DNA from: Lophium mytilinum
Taxonomy: Eukaryota
DNA length: 64,000 nt
NCBI GenBank assembly: GCA_010093605.1
Contig: MU004186.1
Span: forward strand, 1,220,616-1,284,615
Direction: 5' to 3'
Within the stretch, counting starts at the first letter, position 1, and every line of letters starts with the position of its first letter. A program made the translations under genes and the position numbers. The notes under the pieces were generated by a model. That model searched no databases, was not told the origin of the DNA, and was given only the letters and a program-made list of their open reading frames with translations. Shown piece by piece: positions 24,926 to 38,499 of the stretch.

Positions 24926-25415
24926 TCGATACCCCGGGGGCACGTCAGTTTTGCATATGGTTTTGTCGGCGACGAGGGGAAGTGTGGCCTACTTGGACTC
25001 AAGCTTTTACGAATATATCGCTTCAAGTCCTTTTTCTTCTCGTAAAGTGTCACACTGTATTTGGATGATCAGGGGCCGTCAATGATGAGGAAGTGGTGAA
25101 GGTGAACGTATGTCGCGTGATTCTCAACTTTTCGTTTCCCTTGTTAACAGTATGGCGTTGCTCGTCTTCTTAGATCGACACGGTCTTCCTCACAGTTGCT
25201 CCTTTATCTCACATGACTAGCATCGACATGCATCGATTCTTTGTCACATGTTCAGCGAACCAAATTTTTGTAAATCTCATTTCTCATTATGATCATTTGA
25301 GTGCTAACCCCGAGGGCGGCTTCCCCCTTCTAAAAAGAAAAGAACCAAAGATGCTCTTTTCTTCAACTATTCTCAGGCCTGTAGTCCACATCCGCTCCCT
25401 CATTCACTTATTCGC

Positions 25416-27527
25416 CTACGACGAGCTCGTCTTAGGCAACGGAACGAACGACTCAGTATGTGTGGTATTGGCCGGTCCAGTGGTGGTCAGATTCGCCGTC
25501 ACTGGAAAGTCGCCAGTCGCGATATCAAAGTGGTTGATGGTGCGGTTGAAGAGGGCTAAGGCGGCGATTGCTGTTATGATAACAGTTAGTACATGGCCTC
25601 TTTGGTTTGAGTGAGTAGGCACTTACGCTGATAGTACGGGACCTCGTGCCCAGCCTCGTACACCCTGGTGAAGGAGAAGTTCCCGCGTTGGCGGACTTCG
25701 CCGTACTGCACGCCGTCGACCTTGAAAGGCTCGTAGCCGGCGGCGTTGAACTCGGCTTGGTGGGTGTAGTTGATGCTTTTAGAGATAGCCCTAGGTGAGG
25801 TCTGTTAGTAACGACGTCGAACTCGTCTAACAAATATTAGATAACTCACTCTCCACCGAACCAATTGCAGATATAGTCAGCATCGCCGTAGATCAGACTG
25901 ACTCGTACTCCTTGGTCGAGCAGGTTCTCCAAGTCGCCAATGAAGCTGTCGTAGATGAAATCGCCGGTCTGCTGGAACGCCCAGTACACCCAGTCGTTAG
26001 CAGAGGTGTAGTTCAGATTGACGCCGAGCGCGTTCTGGACGTTGGCTTTGTTCAGGTATTCGCTGAAGTACTCTGGGGGAGTTGGGTCATTGTACGGATG
26101 TCTTGAAACTGTCAGTAGGCTGCTACAAGCAGGTAGAGTGTCGTGAGGCTGACCTGATATCGTAGACGCCACGACCACCGAAAACATAGTACGCGCTCTC
26201 AACCATATCACGGCAGATAGCCGCCGCTTCCGAGCAGACCGCGAAGTCAGCAATGGTAGTGTGGTTGTTCTGGCGACAGTACTCGATCTGAGCAAGACAT
26301 CCATAATCGGGCATGTAGGCCGCGAATCTAGCGAACTCGTAGACCGTGTCGTTGTAGGACTTAATACCGTACGTGTTGTTCACTATCCCTGAATTAGTCT
26401 CGAGTCCAGCGTCTGGTTGCAGGTTTTCGACTGACCGGCCTGCTCTGGATAGAAGGGAACCTGGATATACTCGTCGATTATACCGTTGATTATCTACCAC
26501 TCGCATTAGCTGAAGCTTCAGGGCCGCTAGGATGCCGTTTGGAATTACCCCGAGGCTGTTCATGTTCAATTCGATGCCGGGCTGCGAGCCGTTTGCGACC
26601 AGCTTGTTCTGCTCGTAGAAGTGGTTGAAAAAGGCTGGTCCGTAATGGCCCTGGGTTACTGTTAGTCTGTTGCTACGAGAAGCAGTATACTACACTTACT
26701 CCATACGACTCGGTCCACAGGTTGAACTCTTTCGACTTGACACCAGAGTCCAATTGAGGCAACGCGCTGTAGAATCCTTGGAGGACATGCCATGCTGCAG
26801 CGGCGGCCTCGTCCGTAGTCTCGATGTACTCTGGGTCGATGAAGGGGAAGCGCTAAAAAGATGTTGCATTAGCAAAATGTTGTTGGGGACGAGGAGAGTA
26901 ACTGTCACTTACTCCGGTCACAGCCTCCACGCTAGCATTGACAATGACTGCTTCCCAGTCGTCCGTAAGGGATCCTGGGGCCTCGGTCATGTAAGAGAAG
27001 CCGACGCCAAAAGGCTGACTGAGGAAGAGCAGATTCGAGTTCGTGTTCCATGAGTATGGGTTCAGATGGGTCTCTAATGCTTCAGTGACGTTACACGGTC
27101 CCAATTCCTGGAAGAGACCGATCATGGAATCACTTCCTGGTCCGCCATTCAACCCTGGTTCTGTTAGAGCCGGAAGGAGATTGGATTACTGCTATGGCTT
27201 ACAGAGTGTAATTGGGTCGGTCGAAGGGTTAGACCTCGACTCGAAGAACCAGAAGAAGGTGTGCTGGTCCTCCGCCAAATCGACGTAGCCCGAGTAGCTG
27301 TTCACGCCGGGCGTTGTCTCACACACTCCGTCCTTGCCAGGCTCCTTGTAGCGGATCTTGACGCCAGTGGGCGACGTAATGGTCTTCACGCCCGTAGCAT
27401 TCGCAGGCAGCTGCCTCTTCGCAAACTTCTGCGGGCGCGGAGTAGGATCATGGAAGATCTTCGCGACGCTCTGCGACGCCAGCAGCACCACAGCGGCCGT
27501 TGCCAGCTTAGATGGGAGTCCGAGCAT
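25416..27527 (-). CDS. Secreted serine carboxypeptidase (peptidase S10), multi-exon
   Basis: Signal peptide; [41 protein letters not shown] (split by an intron), [14 protein letters not shown] and AGHEVP catalytic motifs. Confidence 0.95.
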
Positions 27528-29165
27528 CGTGAAGTCACTCAATTGGGGTCTGAAGTCGCCAATTGCGTTCTGAAGTCACTCAATTGTGAAGTGAGGAGGT
27601 TCAGAGAGATCACAGCGAGGTTTGTGGTACAACGCGGAGCTGGAGGGTTAAATGCAAGCTGCGGTCTACTAGCTATGACGACTGCCCGGAGCTCAACAAG
27701 CTTCGCGAAGCTTCACCCTTGCGCTTATGCAAGGCTTGACTTGCACTTCGTCCAGGAACAGCAGGAGAGATTGCTTCTCCAGCTGCCCGCAGCGGGGTAG
27801 TGAGGCCTAGGGTAGCTGTGGGTGAGATAAGACAGCCAGGTCGTGCCAGGATATCTGCGGTGCTGATTATCCCACTCGTATCCGAGCGCCGGGTTTGACC
27901 GCTCTTGTCGATAGACAGGGGCATTCTGGCATGTCGGGATCGCAGAGAGGCCTGAAGGCAGCTTAGTGTGGTTGTTCAGCGTGGTTGTTGGGGTTAATGG
28001 TCATCATTCACTATCCTGCGTACGGAAGGTCGTTAGTTGCATATTGTTATGCTCGGGCGGCTGGGCGCCCGTTGTGGCGTGGCGGAAGGCGGTCGTCGAT
28101 CGATTCAGCCCGCAGCGCCAACCCGATTGGCTGCTTGATAGATTGAAGAGCACGGCATTGCGTGGTATCATGGGAGAAATGTCGTGTTGATGGCAGTAAT
28201 CCCATTGACTAGCAGATTGGACCACCTTTTTACACCCTTACTTACGTCTACAAATTAGTGTCATCGTACGGCGTCTTTATAAGTATCCTGACTTTTTTCC
28301 CCTCTTCGTCCCATATATATCCACCGCCATTTATAGTGCCATCGAGTAAAGGAGTTCATACCGCGCTCAAGATTTAGTAGCAGTGTAGGCTAATACTGAC
28401 TGAATGTAGTTGCGAGAGACTCTAGGGCCTTTTCAAGTCTTAGCAGGTGCAAAGCACCAAGACCCAACCAGACATAGAGTCACGTGATAGAAGCGTGACC
28501 TTCGCCTGAAGGATGCCTAAGCTGACTGATTATCTACAGTACAAAAGTCCTGCTGGGCCTTGGGAATGAATATGATGACGGCGAGGAAGATGACCGTACT
28601 GATTTTGTTCCAGGCATATCTATCTGTCTCTTGCCTTCAGAATAACACGCAATACCCACCACTCATTCACGAAGATACCCATATATGTCTTCTACCCACT
28701 ACAATCCCTTCCTCCGCTCGCGTCTTCGTTCCTTTGTGTTACTCTCCCGCATTTCTTTACTTTGGTAATGGTAAAATTCGTGGGTTCGACCTAAATCTTT
28801 CTGTTCTCGAGGTATACACTGTTTCCCTGCTTCTGTACGCTTACTTACCTGGCACCGCCCGAAGTCCTTTGGTATGTCATCAAAACGGTAGAGTGCCAGT
28901 GTTGGCAAACCTACAAAGGTAATAGCTCCACGAGCCACTTCAACAGTATCAGATTTCCACTTTGCATTCAACGGAGCCTAGGTGTGTTCGCCTTCCAGAG
29001 GTACAGTGAACCAATTTCAATAAGGGTATCATATATGCTGCCCCATTCCCGAGCCCTCAAACTCCACAGGCCAGACCCAGCGTGCTTTTATCCCCTAAAT
29101 TTCTTATCCGCTCCAGTATGAGACCAGTCTCAACCCATCGAACAAGCACACCAAATCCCACCATC

Positions 29166-30572
29166 TCAAACACTCCTCCCACTCTGACTCCTCTCCGTAT
29201 CCCGATCATCATACTCAATTACCACACTCTTCGTCTCCTTAATCCCGCCCAACGCATGCTGGCCCGTGCTGTGTATCCTGAAATCCTCCCCGAGGATGCT
29301 ATCCGCGCTGTCGTTGTCGGGCTGCTTGGAGTGCTTGGTGCCGCCCGGCAGGGTGGCGCTGACGGTGAACGAGTGGCCGTTCTTGTTGTTGGTGGCAGTG
29401 GTGGTGCGGCCGCTGAGCTGGTAGCCGCGCTCGCGCGAGGAGAAGGGCCCGCTGCTGTCGCCTTTGCTGAGGCCCTTGACGTAGCGGCGCCAGAGCGGCC
29501 GCAGCACGGGGAAGCAGAGGCACATTATGCTGACGGTCGTTTCGGTCGTGGACCAGAGTTGGAGTTGGACGGTTTCGTCTGAGGAGGATTTAGTGTGATG
29601 GGGTTTGGAGGACAAAGTTGGCTAATGCGAAAGGGCTTACAGGTGTAGTCTGATTTCGCGGACAAGGAGGCTGCTTTCGTTACGCGGATGATTCCGCAGA
29701 CTCCCGCGCTGGATGAGCGTTAGTGGTGTGCTCTATGGTAGGTAAAGGCTGGGGTGCTTACAAAATGCCAACACTCAAAGAAAGATTGATGATGAGTTTC
29801 TCCTTAGGCTTCATCTGCAATTTACGAAGGAAAAGCCATGGAAGACCTAGTAGGGAGTAAGTCTTTCAAACCCTATTGCGCCAATATTAAAAGACTGTTC
29901 TTTTTACAACATACCAGCTAGGATGAAGTCGATCGCGGTAGTGTACGCAGCATTAACAGTCCCCAGCACAGTAACATTGATAGAGCAATTACCCTTCACA
30001 CGCGGATCCCAAGCCAAGGCAAGGGGCGAGCATTGGGTATAGAAACCCACGAAGGTAACCGCGCCCAATATGGTTACCGATACCATGCAGAACTGGAGAA
30101 CCATTTTATGCCTGGAAGCCGGGATTAGCGAGCGATTTTAAACGAGCGCGATATAGATACCATTTCTGGGTGACGATCTTGAGCAAGAAATCGGCTACAG
30201 CAACTTTGCTAAACCAGACGCATAGGCAGAGGAATGTTTGTGAGATGATGAGCAGCTTCGTGGCAGCCACGTTCTCGTCCACCGTCAGGGCTTTTGAGTG
30301 TTGACCGAATCCTTTTTTGGCAGCAAATGCGCACAAGACAGTGACCACAGCTAAGCTGATCTGTTTGATTGTTAGCCTCGATTATTGCTAGTTGTATAAT
30401 GGATATATAGGGTTCTCACTGCTGTTGCAAGCAAAAGGTAGTCGTCGGACCTCAGGCCACCAAGCAAGCGTATCCTCGCCCAAAACCGGGCAGTCAAGAA
30501 AGTCGTGGCCAGCAGCGTCTCAACAATCATGACAGCTATCACCGTCCATCCAAGACCCCCGACTGAAACCAT
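29166..30572 (-). CDS. PTH11-like (fungal rhodopsin-domain) integral membrane protein / putative GPCR, multi-exon
   Basis: ARFWAR...DDYLL, GFGQH, SKVAVADFLLKI, QCSPLALAWDP...C, DFILA and LWSTTE...IMCLCFPVLRPL are typical family motifs. No CFEM domain seen. Confidence 0.85.
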
Positions 30573-32536
30573 AGTTGCAAATATCAGGTGTTAAGGTATG
30601 CTTTTTCGGTCAGAAGAGGCTGAGAAACACCCTGAAGAGAGGAAAAGGAAAAGAGATGAAGAGAGATCGCTGGTAAGGGGTTCGCGGGTCAAGGATTGCT
30701 CGCATGCATGCTAACCGTTACATACATATAGAGCACCCACAGAAATGCCAGGGCGGCTTGCCATGTAGCCTCTTACTTCTTACTGTACGCGTATGGATCA
30801 AGAGGAGAACCCTCGTAACCGAAACTCTATTTTGATGCTACGAATCATGACCCCAGGAAGGTAGCTAGATCTGCAGGAATCATCCTCGCTATTCATGGGG
30901 CTGCAAGGATCGCCCAAGTCTGGATCTTTGGCCTCGTGGGGAGGCGTCCTTAGCATCCGCCTGTCATAGGCGGCTAAGGCGTCGATCGGTTCCTGTCTGT
31001 CGTTACCGGCGGGGTCTTCAGGGATTATGGAAATGCTCTTGAGGGGTACAGCTGCGTCAAAGGTCAGGATGTTGACAGGTTAATGTACTCTCGAGTTTGG
31101 AGAGTCATATTACGCGATGTAGCATCATATATGTGATACGCGAAAAATTGAAGCTACCTAAACCGTGGGAGTAGTTCAGTAGGCCTCCCGCGAAGAGCAT
31201 GAAGAGAGTTGTGAAGGACCAGATTACCGGCAGGTGGCATACACGGATGGGTCCGCTTAGTGGAGCATTGCATGACGATGCAGCACATCTGCCGTAGAAG
31301 GGGTTCGTGCAAGGTCTGACCGTAGCAAGGCATCCCTGGTGATGGCGACGGCGTGCCTTGGTATACAGAGTACGAGGAACCAGATCCTTGGGAACTCAAA
31401 TGGCCTGACTCAAGCTGCAACCGACGGGAATGGCCCAATGTTCACTGTGGCGAGCGGAGACTATCTCCCACTCTTGGGCGGACTTGCTCGATGCTAGGCT
31501 CCGCGGCGTCAATAAAGTCACTCCAAGCACTGGTTAGGCCGGTGCTAGCTTTGGAGTCCATGCTGGAGAGAGTCATTAAGCAGGTCGGCGACATGGACAA
31601 TGGCGAAATCCATAGTGGGATCCAGATGGATTTCTGGAGACGGAGTGGCTTGGTAGTCGTGAGACGGAAAGGTCGTCACCAGGGAACATTTATCATTGGT
31701 CCTTTCGGCTAATTGTTCCGATGCAAGGCTGCGCTGCTCTCCTTCGGGCTAGCTGTGAAGTAATTACTCCGCTAGGCCCCAATGTGGCGCTACTCTTCAG
31801 GACGCCACATTTCGGAATTCGAACGACGTTCCCGCCTGGAAACTGTAGGGGTACTTGCGTAGCCGATCGGTGTGCGCCGAAGCAAACTAGAGAACCAATA
31901 ACTTTTGAGGATGCTTGAGCTTTGAGCGTTCTTGGCCCTCCGGAAGGGCTGCAGAAGGTAAGGCCGTATTATGCAGAAGTCTGCATACGGTAGTGACCCA
32001 GGGACCGTTGACTGCAACGCTCGACAAGCGTTCTAGAACGATACAAAGCCTTGCATAAAAGAGAATGGTCCAGCCATGACAACGGACTAAATGTCAATTG
32101 CCGATTAAGGCTTAGCAGGCAAGCCACATATACACCAATTTAGTGATCGACGCACTACTTCTACCTGGGTATTTTTTCTTGTGATAGTTGCTCCTTAGCA
32201 TGAAGTTAGGAACCTTATTCTTGCCTCGGCTGAATACTCCGGAGAAACCGGCAAAGACTCCAAACCTCCAGAACGACGGTTTCAACGACGGAGGAAAGAC
32301 CGTCACGCGGGAGGCTCAAAAATTTGGTACTCTCAATCCAAACAACCCGATGGATGTGCACGTGTGTATGCCACTGCTTAGGTTGCCACGACGTATTTCC
32401 AGAAATCTGAACAAGATGGAAGCTCTTCACTCTGGAATATTCGAAATCTCGTTGAAGTGCTTCAAGCAGTGGTAATAGGTGTACTAGAAACAGAGTGGAA
32501 GAAGAGGATGCTACTATCTCACGCCCAGCGTAACCG

Positions 32537-35270
32537 TCAACCCTCATACATTACACCGCCTCCGCCGCCACCAATCTTCATGCCCTCCAGCCGCGGCATG
32601 TCGTAAGTGTCCGCGGGATCTTGCCCTTCCGCCATGATGTAATCCCTCGTCTTCTGGACTCTGTGCTTGATGTCTGCGAGCAAGCTTACCATCTCAGTTT
32701 CCACCTTTTCATTCGATTTCGCGCCGCCTCGCAAAGCATACTCCATGACGTTATACCGGCTGACGTGGTTCAAGAGCATCATGTCGAATGGCGTAGTCGT
32801 GGATCCTTCCTCGCGGTACGACTCAACCGTGATGCGCTGGATTTGCGGACGCTCGAAAAGCAGGCCTTTCAATTCAGATGCGTAGCCGTGGTAGTTGAAG
32901 TGTATTGGCTTATCGGAAGTGAAGAGAGCGTCGAAGTCTTGGTTGTTGAGGGCATGCGGATGTGTGCCTTCGGTGCCCAAAACCATCAGGTCCGTTACAT
33001 TCACGACTCGGACTCGGAGTGCTGGAGCCATCTCACGAAGGAGTTCCGCTGCTTTGATGACTTCGTACGTCAGTTCGGCTCCGATGCCTACGAGAACAAC
33101 ATCAGGATCTAGTCCCTTGTCGACGCTGGCAAACTCCCATATCGAAGCGCCAGCTCGGCAATGATCTTCTGCCTCTTTAGGAGACAAGAAAACGGGCGAT
33201 GGCTGTTTGGAGCCAACCATGAGGTTGATGTATGTCTTCGATCTTAAACAGTGCGCAAGCGTTGAGAGGAAGCAATTCGCATCGGGTGGAAGATAGACCC
33301 GCGCAGCCTTAGGCTTCAGATTCAATACTGCCCCGATGAAGGAAGGGTTCTGATGTGAGAAGCCATTGTGCTCTTGTTTTGGAATGTTAGCAACTTTCCC
33401 ATGTTTGTCAATAGCTATTAGTAATTACCTTGTCTGGTCCAAGTTGCTACGGAAGGACGTTAGTATCGAAAAGGCTCGTTAGAGAGATGGAAACTCACAA
33501 GTCTCCAAATAGTTGAGACTCCCAATCGGTTGCCGCCATGACGTCTCTTGAGCCATCTTGCCGAACTTGGCATACTGAACCATCATAGTGTGGATGATTC
33601 CCAGAAAGCTCTCGTAAGATGGAAATAGCGCGGTGCGTCCAGTAAGGGTGTAGCCTTGCATGAATGCTTGACAGCAGTGCTCCGATAGGATCTCAATGAC
33701 TCGACCACCACGCCCATTGGAGAATTCATCCCATTGAAAGTTTCGGTTAGTATGGTCAAAGACAGCTCCAAGCTTGTTGCTCTCAAGCTCGTCGGGAGAG
33801 AACATCCGCAAACTTTGCGGATTTTCCTGGAATGCCTTGTCCATGAGCTTTCCACACAGTTGCATGGAGCTCTCCTCGCCTCCCTTCTCAACAGCCAATT
33901 TCGTCCAGTCCGGCACCTTGAGGTCGACGTATGGGTCGTAAGTTTCTTTGAGCTGACCCAGTTTCTTGTTATCGTTCTCTGGAATGATATCTAGAATTTG
34001 CTCTATGGGAGAGCCGTCTTTCTTGAACAGCTCCTCGGGAGTATAGCTCTTCAACCAACCTTGAAGGTCTTTGAGGTGTTGAGGATCAGATTTGGCTTTC
34101 ATGAGTGGAACCTGGTGAGAATGGAATGACCCCTCAATGAACTCGCCGTCCACCTTCTTCGGACCGCCCCAACCCTTTGGAGTTCGCATGATGATCACCG
34201 GCCATCGTGGTTTCATGATGGGTTTGCCCTCGCGCGCAGCCTTCTGAATCCGTCTGATCTCACTCAGCGCCCATTCTAACGAGTTCCCTAGATCTGTGTC
34301 GATATCATGGATATCTTCGACGAAACGAGGTTGATACCCATAACCAGTGAATAGAGCGGCGAGCTCCTTGTCGTCCATACAGCCGTAGATCGTCCGCTCG
34401 CTGATCTTGAAGCCATTGACATGGACGATGGGGATGACTGCACCGGACTCTTTGGGGTCGATGTACTTGTAGCTATGCCACGCGGTTGCCGTTGGGCCAG
34501 TCTCGGCCTCTCCGTCACCAACGATGCATGTTACAACAAGGTCAGGCTTGTCCATGACAGCACCGAAAGAAACACCTAGGGCATAGCCCAATTCTCCACC
34601 CTCGTGAATAGAGCCTGGAGTTTCGGCGTTGATATGACTAGGCGGGCCGCCAGTAACGGAGAACTTCGTGATCAGCTGGTGAAGCCCTTTCCGGTCCCGA
34701 CTGAACTCAGGGTAGAAACGAGCCATTGAGCCTTCCAGCCAAAGAGATGCCAGGATTGCAGGTGCACCATGGCCAGGCCCCACGACGTAGATCATGTCCA
34801 TATCGTGCTTGCGGACAAGGTAGTTGAGATGCGAATATACGAGGATGAGGCCGGGACAGGTACCCCAATGACCTTCTTAATATTAGCTAGAAATCAAGGG
34901 ATAAACGATGTCGAGGGTTCCATGAATCGAAAGGTCAACGTCAGGGGTGGAATCACGTATTAAAACATACCAAGTAGTCGAGGTTTGACATCTTCAAAAG
35001 TCAAGTCGCGCTCTAAGAGTGAATTATCCTTTAGAAATATCATGGCTGCCACATATCAGCTTTGGCCTTCATGTATTATCAGACTGCGTAGTGAGGGGAT
35101 GTCATACCAGCCGCAATGTAGCAGGCCGCTCGTCTGAACTCTTTCAAGGATGTGACTGCATCTTCTGGTAATGGCTTCTTCTCAATCTTGACTGCAAGAG
35201 ACAAGACATCGTCGGGGAGATTGGACGGTGAAGGCTGCGGATTCGGGCGGTCTATCACTTCACCAGGCAT
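32537..35270 (-). CDS. xfp: Xylulose-5-phosphate/fructose-6-phosphate phosphoketolase, multi-exon
   Basis: MPGEVIDRPNP start; GHWGTCPG, GPGHGAPA, HEGGELGY, TPP-binding GDGEAETG, SPDELESNKL, TWTRQEHNGFSHQNP (via a ~18-nt micro-exon) and YREEGSTTTPFDM. Confidence 0.97.
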
Positions 35271-36000
35271 CTTGAGAGTTCGAGTTCGGTTGCTAGGATG
35301 AATGGATAGGCGTGAAAAATAGTCTGAGGTGTAGTAGAGCAAAGAAAATGACTCTAGTAGTCAAGATATTGGGGGTTTTGACAACCAAGATGCTATGACG
35401 CAATGCATACACAGCGGAGGAAGGAAGTCTGAACCGGCCATACCCAACGATAACGGCAAAACGGCAGCGTAGTTTCTGCAGACTACTCAAGCCGTTGAAT
35501 AGCGTGCACGTAGTTTGCGGCTCTGCAGCTTCGAGAAGCAAACATTCTGAGGCCTTGCTGGTGCCGCTGCCGGTGACGTTTCAGTCGCTGCCGGTGGGCT
35601 GTCCAGTGCCCGCCATTAGCTGAACCAATTCAGTGGTCGCGGCTAGACGACCGTCCTTCCGCCAGAATCACGATGCGATAGCTGGCTATGTCGGCCATGA
35701 CGCAGCGGTGGTGGTGGGGAGATGGAGGAGCAGCCTCCGCTCGACGTTGCGCTTCAATTCGCGAATCACACCACCACGTAATTGCATCCATTCTAGGCGC
35801 AAGTCTCACAAATCCCACATCTGCGCAAGACACGATAGAAGTGATTATTGATGTTACTGCATCACGTCACTGCGGTTAAGGATTCTTTAAGAAGGTGTTG
35901 CCCAACTCGAAGCCGCCTTTCTCCTCACGACTGCCCTCGACTTCACTAACACTACATCCTCTATTGTGATCACCACGACGCAGAAGGAACCACTTTCAAG
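35271..36000. promoter_or_regulatory. Putative bidirectional promoter between phosphoketolase and acetate kinase
   Basis: 730 bp separate two head-to-head start codons of consecutive-pathway genes. Shared regulation is inference. Confidence 0.55.
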
Positions 36001-37468
36001 ATGCCAGAAATCATCCTCTCCATCAACGCAGGCTCGTCCTCTGTCAAAATCTCTGTCTATCAAGCCCATGACAAATCCGGCGATCCGACGCAGCTTGCGG
36101 AAGCTTCGGTAGAAGGCCTCACAGCGCCTCCAGCAACTCTAAAGTATGAAAGAGGAGACGAGAAGATCAAGGGGAAAGAGCTGGAAGGGATAGAATCCCA
36201 AGAAGATGCGTTTAGGTACATTTTAGATCACTTAACCCAGGATAAGGGTCTCCCGGAGCTCAACCACAAGGACGACATCAAGTTCACGTGCCATCGGGTT
36301 GTTCACGGCGGAAACTATCCAAATTCCCAGGTCATCGACGAAGATACGTATCATCACATTGAAGAATTGTCAGATTTGGCACCACTGTGAGTATTTTTTC
36401 TAATTCTATCAGTTCCATTGTTTTCTATAACGTCTGGTTTTTTTTTGCCCGAGTACTCTGCTATCAATTCAACACCACTCACGACCCCTCTTTCGACATC
36501 TTCCCAGTTTTCTATATGCACTTTCCGTACACCCTCCAAACTCCCCATCCCCCACCTCCCCAGACGCCCCAATTCCCCTAGCTTACAACCCCCTCAGACA
36601 CAACGCCGGCGCCCTCACCATCGTCCGCGCCGTGTCCAGCCTCCTCCCCCACGCCACCAACATCGCCTACTTCGACTCCTCCTTCCACTCCACCCTGCCC
36701 ACCCACATCAGCACCTACCCCATCGACCCCAAAGTCGCCGCGCACAACCAACTGCGCAAATACGGCTTCCACGGCATCTCCTACGCCTTCATCGTCTCCG
36801 CCGTGTCCACCTACCTCCAAAAACCCGCCTCCACGCTCAACATCATCGCGCTGCACCTCGGCTCCGGCGCATCCGCCACCTGCATCAAAAACGGCACCAG
36901 CTACGACACCTCGATGGGCCTGACGCCGCTCGCCGGCCTGCCCGGAGCAACGCGCAGCGGTAGCATCGACCCGAGCCTAATGTTCCACTTCACGCACGAC
37001 GCAGGCAAGCCCTCGCGCAGCTCGACGCAGAAAATGCACATCACGACCGCCGAGGAGATCCTGAACAAGAAGTCCGGCTGGCAGGCGCTGACGGGCACGA
37101 CGGATTTCGGCGCCATTTCCTCGAGCGACGCGCCCGAGTGCCAGCTCGCCTTCGACATTTTCGCGGACCGCATCGTCAACTTCGTCGCGCCGTATTTCGT
37201 GAAGCTGGACGGGAAGGTGGATGCGCTGGTGTTCGCGGGCGGGATTGGGGAGCGGGGCGCGCGGTTGAGGGCCGAGGTGGTGCGGCAGGTGCGCTGTCTG
37301 GGGTTTGAGATTGATGAGGGGAGGAATGAGAAGCCCGGGGACGGGGTGGTGACGAGCATTGGCGCCGAAGGGGCGCGGTATAAGACGTTGATTTGTAAGA
37401 CGGATGAGCAGTTGGAGATGGCGAGGAGTGTGTTGGAAGAGAGGGGGAGGTTCGCGAAGAAAGATTGA
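36001..37468 (+). CDS. ackA: Acetate kinase, 2 exons
   Basis: ILSINAGSSSVK, HRVVHGG, DLAPL|HN across intron ~36,388-36,597, FDSSFH, RKYGFHGISY, LHLGSGAS, DTSMGLTPLAGL and FAGGIGE. Confidence 0.97.
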
Positions 37469-38499
37469 GAGCGTATTTGATGCAGTACTTCGTGAATGGA
37501 GGTTCCTTGCGTCTTAGACTGTTTTTCTTTCCCAACAGACTTTTTGAATGTAGCACGGTGGATAACTCCGAAGACTTATCAGCCCACCTCTTGCGTCTGA
37601 TTTCCATAATGAGTACGATACCAAAAGTGATTGCGATTTTTCTTTCATTTTTTTCTGCCGCTCGAACCCCCAGCTCCCCAGATACCGGGTACACAAAGGG
37701 GGAGCGCCTAGCCGGAACCTCATCTATCTATACATGCAAAAATGCCCATATCCATTGTCGATTCCGGATAAAAAACCATCCTTTCAACTCACACACAGAC
37801 ACAAAAAAAGGACACAGCAAAAGAGCAACCAGAAACAAAAACAGCAAACGCACTCAAAACTCCACCTCAATGCCAGATGCAGAAAGACCGAGAAAAGAGC
37901 AGCGGCTGCGTTAGAGAAAGCAACATCACACCAAAAAAAGAGAGGAATCCCAAACATGCTTTGACAAAAACACAAAACTCAGGTTAGCCCGAAAACCCAG
38001 AAACCCGAACAAAACAGACCCTATGTGACCCGCTTGCTTTGCCTTTTGGTTTGAATGAGAGAAACTGGAACATAAAATGTAAGAAGCATACCGATGTTCC
38101 CAAGTTAATGCAAGCATACCGTTGCCTCGCTTGTTCGAATACTTTCTCCGGAAAAGTCACTGCCCCCCGCAACAACGCCGAATGTGTCCAGGTAGTTTCT
38201 TCTGCTATCCTAGCGTCCCCGTAATAAATCGTGCCAACACTTTCCTGTGCCTCTCAGGCCGCTCGATCCGACGGATAATGATGTAGCCCAAACTCCCTAT
38301 CAGTGGCAGCGAGATCGCGCACCCAAATCCAAGCCGTTCTGCAAGCAAATCGTACACTTCCTATAGGTGCTGTAAGATGAATACCCGATGTCAAAACATC
38401 CAACAGGGCCAGGGTCAGTGCTGCGAGAAGCTACTGCGCGTGGAGCTCAACAACAATAGTCAATACTCGCAGTCCATGGCGGGCGGAGTGAATGGCATC

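Noticed and set aside
28330..28930. Possible spliced + strand remnant (branch/acceptor-like sites; FTKIPIYVFY resembles a PTH11 helix) or box C/D snoRNA
   Set aside because: Similarity is too short and broken to support; box spacing is too tight for a snoRNA.
30700..32500. Several 60-120 aa ORFs
   Set aside because: No recognisable motifs or coherent exon structure.
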